Assembly (NCBI RefSeq): GCF_008831285.2 | Contig: NC_045138.2 | Location: 19,716,001-19,780,000, forward strand | Origin: Nymphaea colorata | Lineage: Eukaryota | Reading direction: 5' to 3' | DNA length: 64,000 bases | Shown here: piece by piece, positions 10,388 to 21,200 of the stretch | How positions within the stretch are numbered: the stretch's first letter is position 1 | Layout: every line of letters begins with the position of its first letter | Position numbers and translations under genes: made by a program | Notes under the pieces: generated by a model | The model's input: the letters and a program-made list of their open reading frames with translations, nothing else | What the model was told of the DNA's origin: nothing | The model's database searches: none

Positions 10388-12199
10388 ATGCCACCTCTTC
10401 GCTCGAAGTCTCGGCTCGATTTCCTCCGTTGTTTCCAAATAAAGAAGAAAATTTGCATGCACCATGTTTTCGATCTATGGGAGCCGAAACCCCGTCTCTT
10501 CTATTCATTCCGGAGCCCGAATTCGCCCTCATTGGCTTCTATCCTCCATGATGTCAAAGAACTCAAATCCCTTCACCAGATTCATGCCAATGTTATCACC
10601 TCTGGCCTTCAACAGAACGTCTTCCTGTCGAACAGGTTGCTCAATGCATGCTTCTCGTGCGATGATTCAACAACCGCAGAGGAAATTTTCCGAAGGATGA
10701 CATACAAAAATGTGGTGTCTTGGACCATAATGGTGAATGGCTATTGGAAACATGGATGCCCATTTAATTCAGTAAATGCTTTTCGTGAGATGGTGAGCGC
10801 AGGTGTGCTGCCGAATTTGGTTACCATTGCGAGTGTTCTGCCCGCTTGTTGTGATTTGGGCTTACCTAAGGCTGGGAGATCGGTTCATTCTTACATGATT
10901 GTCCGTGGTTACAGGGCCAATGTCTATGTAGATACTGCTATTTTGGATATGTATATGAAAGGTGGTAGCTTAGTTGATGCACTTAAAGTGTTCGATAGTA
11001 TGTCTGAGAGGAATGTCGTCTCGTGGAATGCAATGATCAATGGCTATGTTCAAGTTGGTGATCTTCATGGAGCGATGAAATTATTTAAGAAAATGAAACA
11101 TACTGGTATGAGTATTGATCATTTTACCATGTCAATTTTGTTGCGTATTTGTGCAGAGATGGGGTGCCTCATTCAAGGAACTCTTATTCATGCTCATGTT
11201 ATTAAATATGGATTCGAGAAGAGTTCTCATGTGGCTACTCTGTTGATGGATATGTATGGGAAGTGTGGGAACGTAGAGGATGCATCTCAAGTTTTTGATT
11301 TATCACCATGTAAAGATGCTGTTTCCTGGTCAACAATTCTGTCAATTTTTGCTAATCTTGGAAATGGACATAAAGCTGTAGAGCTCTTCGATGAAATGAT
11401 GGCGGCTGGTCTTCCTTTTGATTCAGTTTCTCTGATGGAGTATCTTTCCTTGTGCAGCAGACTGGGTGCTCTGTCTCAAGGGAAATGTCTTCACGGCTTG
11501 ATGACAAAAATTGGTTTAGAAACGGATACTCCTGTGGGAACTGCCCTGATAGATATGTATGCAAAATGTGGGAACTTGAGTAGTGCAAGAAGTTTCTTCA
11601 ACCAGATGAACATAAAAGACGTTATTTGCTGGAATGCCATGATTACCGGCTGTGGAACTAATGGTTGTGGAGATGAAGCAGTTGGCTTATTTTGGAAAAT
11701 GAACAGCTTAGGTTTCCAACCCAACAACTCAACCTTTCTATCTATCTTGTCTGCCTGCAGTCATGCAGGGTTGGTAAAGCACGGCTTTCAAATTTTTGAA
11801 CATATGACTGACGAAACAACTTTGGTTCCTGATATGCAGCACTTTGCTTGCTTAATTGATCTTCTTGCCAGAGCAGGACATTTGCATGCTGCATATCAGC
11901 TGGTAAAAAGCTTATCTTTAGAGCAGGATGTGGGTGTTTTAGGTGCTCTTCTGGGTGCATGTAAAATTTACGGTGAAATCGCCATTGGTGCAGAAATTGC
12001 TAGAAAGTTTTTTGAATTGGACCTGAGCGATGCTGGATGTTATGTTCTTTTATCTAATTGGTATGCTGGTTTGAAAGATTGGAATCGGGTTGAGATGGTC
12101 CAGGACTTGTTGAGATTGAAAGGACTAAAGAAAGAACCTGGTTGTAGCATGATTGATATTGGTGGCAGTTTCCATACATTTGTTTTTGAAGACACATAG
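10388..12199 (+). CDS. PLS-class pentatricopeptide repeat protein with E domain (PCMP-E), intronless, no DYW. Likely organellar C-to-U editing factor. The start could be 10388 or 10457
   Basis: Repeated P-L-S motifs (VVSWTIMVNGY, VVSWNAMINGY, ALIDMYAKCG, FLSILSACSHAG), E motifs (LLGACKIYG, YVLLSNWYA), and ending KEPGCSMIDIGGSFHTFVFEDT*. The ORF track start at 10331 is TTG; the first in-frame ATG is 10388. Confidence 0.93.
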   Translation: MPPLRSKSRLDFLRCFQIKKKICMHHVFDLWEPKPRLFYSFRSPNSPSLASILHDVKELKSLHQIHANVITSGLQQNVFLSNRLLNACFSCDDSTTAEEIFRRMTYKNVVSWTIMVNGYWKHGCPFNSVNAFREMVSAGVLPNLVTIASVLPACCDLGLPKAGRSVHSYMIVRGYRANVYVDTAILDMYMKGGSLVDALKVFDSMSERNVVSWNAMINGYVQVGDLHGAMKLFKKMKHTGMSIDHFTMSILLRICAEMGCLIQGTLIHAHVIKYGFEKSSHVATLLMDMYGKCGNVEDASQVFDLSPCKDAVSWSTILSIFANLGNGHKAVELFDEMMAAGLPFDSVSLMEYLSLCSRLGALSQGKCLHGLMTKIGLETDTPVGTALIDMYAKCGNLSSARSFFNQMNIKDVICWNAMITGCGTNGCGDEAVGLFWKMNSLGFQPNNSTFLSILSACSHAGLVKHGFQIFEHMTDETTLVPDMQHFACLIDLLARAGHLHAAYQLVKSLSLEQDVGVLGALLGACKIYGEIAIGAEIARKFFELDLSDAGCYVLLSNWYAGLKDWNRVEMVQDLLRLKGLKKEPGCSMIDIGGSFHTFVFEDT

Positions 12200-13269
12200 C
12201 TAGACAGCAACTCTTATTCTTTTTAATACAATGCAAGGTTCTTTGGACAGTTTTCAGGTTGAAAGGCTGAAATGGGCGGTAGTTTTCCTGAAGGTTTGAA
12301 GGTGCCTAGTTCTTTTTATACAGGTTGACTTGGGGGTTTGAAATGTAAGGGGGAAACCGTCTGTTTCCTTTTGAAGCTGTTGTCTAGGAAAAGAAACGTG
12401 ATTCAGTGTGACCATAGATGAGGAAGAGTTCTGTTGAACCGTGTAAAATTCTTGCACTCCCTTTTCTTCTGTCAACATATTGCTTGCATGTTGATCCCTA
12501 AACTGAATGGGGTGATGGCGCCTCTCCCAACACTTTATAAAAAATTTTTGTTTTATCGTGGCAATATGTTTCTCTTAATAGTCAAAGGAGAAAATTCAGT
12601 CCCAAATTCTCATAGAAGCAGCAGCAGAACTTTACACGACCTCCCCTGATGAACACTTCTTAACAGGTATAGTAGCTTCAGGTTTTGAACACAAACCTCA
12701 TCTTTTGATTTTGAGGAAGGTGGTCCAAGGTCCTTGTTCTCTTTAGAAGACTATGGAGGGTCTCATATGAATCAAAGACCAAACTCTCTGGTTACCGCAA
12801 CTTTCTCGAAGATTAAAGACACATAAGAAAATTATCTCCATCTTTGTTTGTGCACCCTTTGGTTGTAGTTCTTGGATTTGTAATGGCGGAAGGAAGGGAG
12901 GATGAGATTATTTGTCAAAAGGGCCTAACGTACATATCTCAGCTCTGGATTTGGGACTTAATTGGGCTATATTGATCCGACTTACTAACCATGAGAAAGG
13001 AAAAAGGACAATACTAAAAGAAGGCTGTGAAGCAATATATATAGGTCAGTTTGCCATTAATTTAACTTTTCTTACGTTTCTCAACTGCTAGGCCCTTCTT
13101 CTATGTTGCCAATACACTTCTCCATCACTGACAATTTGGTTGGACCAAATATGTGATGCACGACAGACTCGGATGGTGATTTGATCTTAATTTAAGTTGA
13201 AGACCTTATTTGGGCTGCGAGCGGGAAGACCTATCGTCGGGTTGAAAACTGAAACCCTCATCCAACCTT

Positions 13270-14400
13270 TTGTCTTCTTAAGGTATGAAATATGCTTTTG
13301 GTGTCTCGATAAGTTGCCACGACAACAGCTCCTCTTTTACATAAAAGAGAGTTGACATTCCAGAGGTTTAAAACAAAAACTGACTGCCTACCAGCCCCCA
13401 CCGTATCTATTGCCCCAACCTCCTCGGAGATGAAAGTTTTACTTAGAACAAGTTGAATGCTTGACCTCTTTCTACCCTAATGCAGTTTATAAAGCTTATA
13501 AGTTCAATCCCATTCTCCTTCACATAAAGTTGTAAGAAACATGTCCCTTCAAAGGCTCGCAAATTGTGAAATGCTCCCTTAAAAGATGCTTTAAGGAAAA
13601 TATTAAGTCGCTTGCGGAAGCGCCTTCTTGAATCAGAAAGATAATTGAAAGATTAATTAGTGTGATGATAAAGCGTTGTCTTCCATTTGTTGATTATCAT
13701 AATTCTAATTACACTGTACAAGGGCCCACCATCATCTTATTACCAGAAATATCAGAAAAAATCGAACCACCTTGATGATCGAACTTCTTTGCGATGCAGA
13801 TTGATTTTCATTCATCTTTCTTGAAAAAATTCTTCTTTGTTTTATCGAACAAAATTTATTTGCATTATGTTCAGAAGTGAGTTCTGGACCCATAGCAAGA
13901 ACAATATCACACATAGTTTCCACCTTCCTCTTCTTAAATAAGAGATTTAGCATTCTCGGAATTAATTGTTAGTTGAGGCATATAACTAAGCTCTAACGTT
14001 AGGCGAGTAGGAGTATTTTAAGAAGCCTCCACCCTTCCCCCCATCTGGTACCAAGCCTGCTTTAACGATTCACACATATGCGGGCATAGTCGTATCTTGA
14101 TGCGCTGTTGGTGAAATTACGAATGCCAAGGTAGAAGCATCCAAGACATTGAACAATAATCTTGAAGACTTCCGAGCTTTAAAGAAGCAACTATACTATA
14201 TTGAATCTTCAATAACACCATCAATCCTTGATTCGCAGCCGCTTATTAGTTCAATCCTGCAAGCATGTTCCCTCAAAATAATGCCAAATCCTTATCAGTG
14301 GTGACTCATCTTGAAATAATCCTTTCTCCAAGGAATAGAACCTCAATCCAACCATACTATCTTGGCTATGAATTTCCATCTATCACATCCTCCTCTCTCT
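13270..14400 (-). mobile_element. Possible highly decayed L1 LINE relic (ORF1 C-terminal part and perhaps the start of the endonuclease)
   Basis: Minus strand ~14070-14175 reads SEVFKIIVQCLGCFYLGIRNFTNSASRYDYARICVN, like plant L1 ORF1 (R..YARICV). ~13330-13375 reads LNLWNVNSL, followed by LKKTK, like the EN motifs WNVRGL and LQETK. Many stops and frameshifts. Confidence 0.35.
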
Positions 14401-15119
14401 AATTAGTGTGATTCTTGAACACCATTGAAAGGACTCCGAAAGCTCTTATTTTGAAATGAAATTATTATTTGATTGCTATCTTCGAGAGCAAATAACATAA
14501 AAAAGTGTGTTTTGGGATGGATTTCAGATTCACGCTACATATTAAAAACCATAGATTTAAGGTCAGATGAGGGATGGGTCCAACCTTAAATCCACTGCTG
14601 ATCTCAGATCCGCAGTAAAACAAACACAATCTTAAGGATGTTGTCGAAGATCACCATTCATCTCAGGTTAAGCTATCATATTCATAATATTTAGTTAAGC
14701 TTTTTTATTATTATTTTTTTTCAATAAAGACACTCCCAATAAGCTTGGACTACATGCCATGCACCTCTGCCTTCATTTCTGCCATCCCTCTCTTTCAAGA
14801 AACCTCACCTTTGAGAAGCTTCATTTGAGACTTAATGGATGCTGAAGGTCCTCCGGATTCATTGCATTTCGTCCATATCATCCAATTATTTTATGAGTTA
14901 TTGTAAAACATTTTAGTTAAATAGATATAAGGACCATGTAGATAGATTATGGGTCAACCAATCAATTTTTTTGGCACATGTAAAGTTGCTTTTTTCGAAA
15001 AAATTAACTGAAATAATTTTTACATGATGATATCTTGTAAAATGTAAACCATAAACGAAATTTGATTGATCGAGTGTTCAATCATTCCATATAGTTTTTG
15101 TATTTATTTGATTCACTTA

Positions 15120-15155
<36 letters not shown>

Positions 15156-16404
15156 AGTTGCCCAAGTCACTTATGAGGACCATCCGATCCGATCTAAAGA
15201 AAAATATGAAGAAAATAGTGAAAACTAGACCACAATTTTTTTTTTTTGTTTTTCTCTCAATCGTCCGTGATTATGATGAATCAAATAATTCAGGCTTGGT
15301 TTGGTGTCCCTTCATGTCTATTAATTTTAAAGACAAAAGTTCATCAACTGTATAAAAATTTGTATCGATTCAACTAAGCTATGGATTTTAACGCATTTAA
15401 TGATTTAGTTGAATCAATTTGTAAAATATTATTATTTTTGTGAAATATTAAAGATAAAAAACGTTCAAAGCATAATTCAAACGAACAGTATGTATACATG
15501 TGGCATCATTATATTGGCCAATATAGCATATAAAATTTATATAACTTGATGTATCATATCACAAGAAGAAGTATTCCAAAATCTACACACTAAGAGAGTA
15601 TTTGATTATTCTAGATTTGAAATCTACCGATATGATGTAGAAATGACATGACATGCTTTGTTAAAATTTATGGTTCATCAAACTAAGATCCACACTTAAG
15701 ATTCTGATTTACTTATTTGCATTGAGAAAAGAACAAATTTATGATTGGAGGGGAGAGGATCTGATCTTAAATCCATGATTCTCAATTTTTAATGATGTTA
15801 AATCTGAAGCTATCAAATAAAGCAACACCATTATTTTAAAATTGGAAGTGATTTAATTTTCCATTTCTATGCTAATGCAACAAGATAAATTCATATTATA
15901 TGGTAAGCTAAAATATCGTTAATTATCACAGCTATATTTATTTTTAAAACAGGTCTTACAAAACACTACTGTAAATAACATAGGTAAATTGCAAGCAGTG
16001 CAAATAATGTCCATAACACTAGAGAAAAACATTGTTATTTTTAGTATTTTAATAATTTTTCATTGGTAACATTGCTAAATCCCAGGATTTTGATATCACA
16101 TGTTTTTAAAAAGCCACCAAATTTCATATGTCGTGAAAATATCCCCTAAAAATTCACAATATAACAAAAAATCGGATATTTGGATATTGGGACTAGTAGA
16201 TCCGCCTCGGATCCGACCCGTTTCTATCTCAATTCGGATGAACGGTCATCAGGATCTCCCCTTCACCTATTCGTGCAATTCGGTGGTCTCGGAGCCCCTT
16301 GCTTATCATTATTCATCGCTCCTTTCATTTCCTCTCCTCCTCCATCGTCCCAACATGCCATCCCTCTGTTGCTTTCTCTGCGAGAAACTGCCGTGTTCTC
16401 CTCG

Positions 16405-16412
16405 AAACCCTA
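16405..16412 (+). promoter_or_regulatory. Telo-box (AAACCCTA) in the NOT3 5' leader
   Basis: Exact motif ~110 nt upstream of the NOT3 ATG, in a CT-rich leader. Confidence 0.5.
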
Positions 16413-16519
16413 GAAAACCCCCGTTGAATCCTCTGAAATCGGAATCGGAACTTTAGAACCTCGATTTCTTCTTCGTTCTCCAAGTGCGTGGATGCTTGAC
16501 CCCTTCTGGGTAAGCCCCC

Positions 16520-18176
16520 ATGGGAGCCAGCAGAAAGCTTCAGGGAGAGATCGACAGAGTCCTGAAAAAGGTTCAGGAAGGCGTCGAGGTCTTCGATAGC
16601 ATATGGAACAAGGTCGGATCTCTGCCTCCTTCGAGCTAAGAAGTTCCATCCGCACTATCTTCCTCGTTTTCTTTTTTTTTTTTTTGCCTTTTTCTCTTTG
16701 TTATCGGGCTTTGCGATGCCCATGCTGTGAGCTCGACGTCCGTTTGGTTCGCAGGTGTACGACACCGATAATGCGAACCAGAAGGAGAAATTCGAGGCTG
16801 ATCTGAAGAAGGAGATCAAGAAGCTTCAGAGGTACAGGGATCAGATCAAGACGTGGATACAATCTAGTGAAATCAAGGACAAAAAGGTTTTCATTTCTTT
16901 CTTTTGCTGGCTTCTTCGTTAGTAGTTTCACGCATTTCTGTTAGGTTGTTTTTTTTTTTTTGATATTTATGCAGATCATTGTTCGTATGGCTTGCTATTT
17001 GGTTGTTGAGCACTACAAGTTTCCTTGGTGAATAGTCTTTTTGCGTTCTGCTGAAGGTTGTGGAAAATGGTTTTGGAATAAAACGTTTACAAGTGGGTAA
17101 TGCATTATAATGATGATGTAGTTTAGACGTGTTGAATGAATAGAGAGTGAAGGATGTAAGCATGTATTGGATTTTCGAGGAACAAAATCTGCCGAAAAAA
17201 AAGGCAGTCCAAGGAGGTTGGAAAAGATGAACAAGTTTGAAATTCAGATTCATTATTTTGTAATTCAGAAGATATTGCAGGTTGGAAAAGATGAACAAGG
17301 AGAATGGCATAAGCTGAAGTGTTAGATGAGTATGAAGGCCACAGGCATAGTCTATGTGGATAAGCTAAACTAGTTTAGATGAATATGGAGGATGTGGAAG
17401 TACCTAATGAACTACGGTGCATGGACTGCTATAGGGGGAAAAAGTTAGTTGTGGCCTGTGGGGTTAAGGGATGTGTTCCATTTCCTAAACTGCTAGTAGG
17501 GTTGTTCTGACATGATTTGGACTTTTATGGAATAAGTTGCGAGCCCTTTTTTTGTTTACCTAGCATATGAATTTATGTTTGACCTCGTGAGCCCATCTAC
17601 AAACTGAGAAAAAAAAAGAAAGAAACAAAAAAGGCTTAGGTTACTTCTAATAAATATTGGTTTTTAAGCTCCAATGCTTTAGAAAATGATGCTTGATACT
17701 ATTAACTGTAACAAATGAATAAATATATTAATAAGCTATGCATCTAATTGGCTTGACTAGTGAGGAGCTTGTTCAAACTCATTTGTTGACGATCTGTTTG
17801 ATTCACAAACAGAATGTGCTAGAAAATTCTATTCAGAATGTTCTTTTTAAGAGCAGACGGACCTTGTTTTTCTTCCCGTTCACTTGTCCTGTGTTTGATT
17901 TACATTAAAATAAATTAAATCCTATTAAAATTCTCAATGTTTAAACTTCAAAGCCGTGCACAGTCATGCATAACTTGGCAATCTCCCAGGTAGATCAAAC
18001 ACCATATCAATCTTTCATTTGGATTTTGATCCTTCATTGGCAGAGTTGTGTATACTATATAGGAACCTGTGTCCTTGTTATAGTGGGAAAGCAGGCAATG
18101 CTTTAGTCAGTACCAGTCAAAGACAAGTTTCATGAAACCTAAGTCACCTGAGTGTGGGGCACGGTTGCAGGTGCAG

Positions 18177-18210
<34 letters not shown>

Positions 18211-21200
18211 ATATATACAAAACTAAATTACAATGAACAAAAATAGTTGGTAGAAATCAAAGATTAATCATTAGTCATTAGACTCATAAGGATTGTTAGA
18301 TTTAAAACTCCTACAAGCACAAACAAAAAAGTTATAACTAATATATAACTAATAAGTAATAACTAATATATAACTAAGATGGAGCATCAGAAATTGCATA
18401 GTTATTAAACTTTCAGCCCCATTCAGTCATTCGGTAGTATGTAAACCCATAGAGGTTATAGGAGCACTACATGCATCACAGAAAAAAATAGTGAAAAGAG
18501 GAACAATAGGCTCGGTAAAAAGATAAACAGAAGCATGGAGAATAGAGCAGAAACAAGGCGGTGAAATGAAGGGTACATCACTGATTCAACAGAGAAGAAA
18601 TTGATGAGATCATAGGTACAACAGCGACTGCAGATTATGAAGAAGAGTAACTAAGAAATTAGTTTAGGCATCCACGATTTACAATAAAGCCCTCAATTTT
18701 AGGGAATAAACCAGAAATAAAAAAAACCCAAAACTTGATTCCATTTTATTTTTCTGGAGAAATAAATGTTGTGAGAAGCGGTCGCTGGATGGAAGCTGTT
18801 GCCGGAGTTGTAGCTGGACAAGAGGCTGGCTCTCATAGTCACCAAAGCATAGTAGCAGTTGTAGGAGGAGCACCAACTGAACGAGAGTCTGTCGCAGGAG
18901 CTGGAGCTGTTGCTAGTGGTATCGTCGGGTGATAGATGCACAGCCCAGAGCAGCAGCAGCAGTTCAAAGTTCAAACATGGTTTCCTAGTTGAAACCCTGT
19001 CGCTGGTCCGTTGGTGCTTATGAAATGAAATTTAAAGAGAAAAGTTAAAAATTAAATGTGTTGATGAATATGACGTCCGTGCAATTTGACTGCACCTGAC
19101 TCACCTTTGACCTGGATCGGGTGCGTGTTCAAGCAATCCTGCCACATTGGTGCCGAATCGACAGCAGACCCTCATGCGCAGGTGCACCCGTGTCACGTCG
19201 ACGCGCGTCCAGGTGGCTTGGCATGAAACTTTTCAATAAACTCAGTAGATGAAGGAAACATGATATCCACCACACATGTCACAATATTTGTAATCTTTTG
19301 AAAATATTGCAATGTTGATGAGAAACGAGCAAAACTAAAAAACCCAAGAAAAAAAAATTGTTTTTATCGCGTGAAAATATGTTTATTGCATTTTATCCTG
19401 TTTTGATACTGCTTTTTTCCCCCTTTTTTGTTTTTCTTGTTTTTTATATCAATATCATCATGACTTCAAGTTTAAACTTAACGTTACTTATCAATCATTT
19501 TTATCACCATCAAAACATTATTTTTATCTTTTTATCTAGTTTTCCTTATGTCTTTGTGTTAGTTTCTCATTTATTCTATTTTACCAAATTTTTAGATTTT
19601 TTTATTTTGCAGGATTTTCTCAAGATTTTAGCGAGAAAAAGAACTTTGTTGAAAAATACACGAGAAAAACCTTGCCGTTAAAAACTTGAGAATGATATTT
19701 GTGACGATGATCCACACAAATGATCCACAAAATAACTCAGATCTCTACTAGTGTATATGACGGTTGAGGTTATGTATCATAGGTGCCAAAACAAAAAACT
19801 GGAAAACAAGGACCAGGAACAAGAAAAATGTATAAGACAAAGGACCTCCAAAAAAAGACATATTAGGCGAAAAAAAGAAAGAAAAAAAAAAGTAAAAGTA
19901 AGAAGATGAAGAAGAAGAACCTGCAATTACGAGACCAATAAAAGAAGGAAAAGCAAAGAGTAAGTCTTGAGGATGAGAAGAGCAAGAACAATTGAAGGAA
20001 AAGGAGGAAAATGAACAAGAATCTGCCAAGAATAAAAGATCAGGCAAAAGAAGAAGTTCGTTAGTGAAATTTTTGCAATAGTGGCATGGTTAATTGTCAA
20101 AAGAGCAGCTAGGCCCTAAGTGCACCCACCTTTTTTTTCTAGGCCCGGGCAGCTAGGCACCCAAGCAAGTAATGTTTTTCCTCCTCTTTTCCTCTTCAAC
20201 TTTTACCTTTTCACATTCTTTGTCTTCCACTTTTTTTCCTTTTTTGTTCTTGTTTTTATTCTCTTTCTCTCATTCTCCCGCTTTCCCATTGTCATCTTTT
20301 TTCCTTATATACTGTTTGTGGCCTGCCTAGGCGTTTTGGAAGGGCCATGCCATGGCCCACCTAGCTCTTCTGAGTTTTGACTACTAAGCTGGCAGGAGGT
20401 GGAAGGTACCTGCAACAAAAAATGGAATGGATCAAGAGAAAAAGAAATAGAAATATTGATTCACATGGGATCATTGCAAGAGGAGAATGACAGAACTTTC
20501 AGCATGAAAAGAAAAAGAAGAATAAAGGGCACCAGATGTGGTGGAAAAAAAAACAATAAAACCATTTTGGTTGCAACTTGTGGTGGATAGGTGCAGCGTC
20601 AATGAAAAAACAAAGTCCTGGGAAAGTTTCTCCTTTTACCTTATGCACAGATCCGATAGAACATGGATTCTACATTTTGAAGCACAAATGCAGTTAGCGC
20701 TTTGGACACTTTTGGCTGTGACTTTGTGCAGCACATTGATTGAGCATTGAGCGATGCGGGAAAACAACTTGTTTTGTCTGTTTCCCCTTGTCCCACACTT
20801 GTTAAATCAATTCTGATCATGCTTAGTGGGAACAATTCTGTTTGTTTTCATTTTGTTGTTTGCACTTTGCATATCAAACTGCCAATGAGTTTGGCAAATC
20901 TGAGTCCAATCATGTAAGTGCTGGTTCATCTCAATATAATAGTTCTTCAGGGAGTGATCAATATCCTCTACATATATGTTGTATCACATAGTTAGTGTAA
21001 ACATAGACATAAAAAATGTGTGTTTTTTTCTTAAAAAAACTGTGTTAAAAACATGAGAAACAGGACAACCCGAAAAAAGGGGAAAAAACATGTTTTTTCT
21101 AAAAAAAAGCCATAAACAAAAAAAAATCCCAAAAAAAATGTTTTTTTTTAGCTTTTTAGCTTTTTACAGTATTTAATTACCAGATTCTTATTTTCACATT

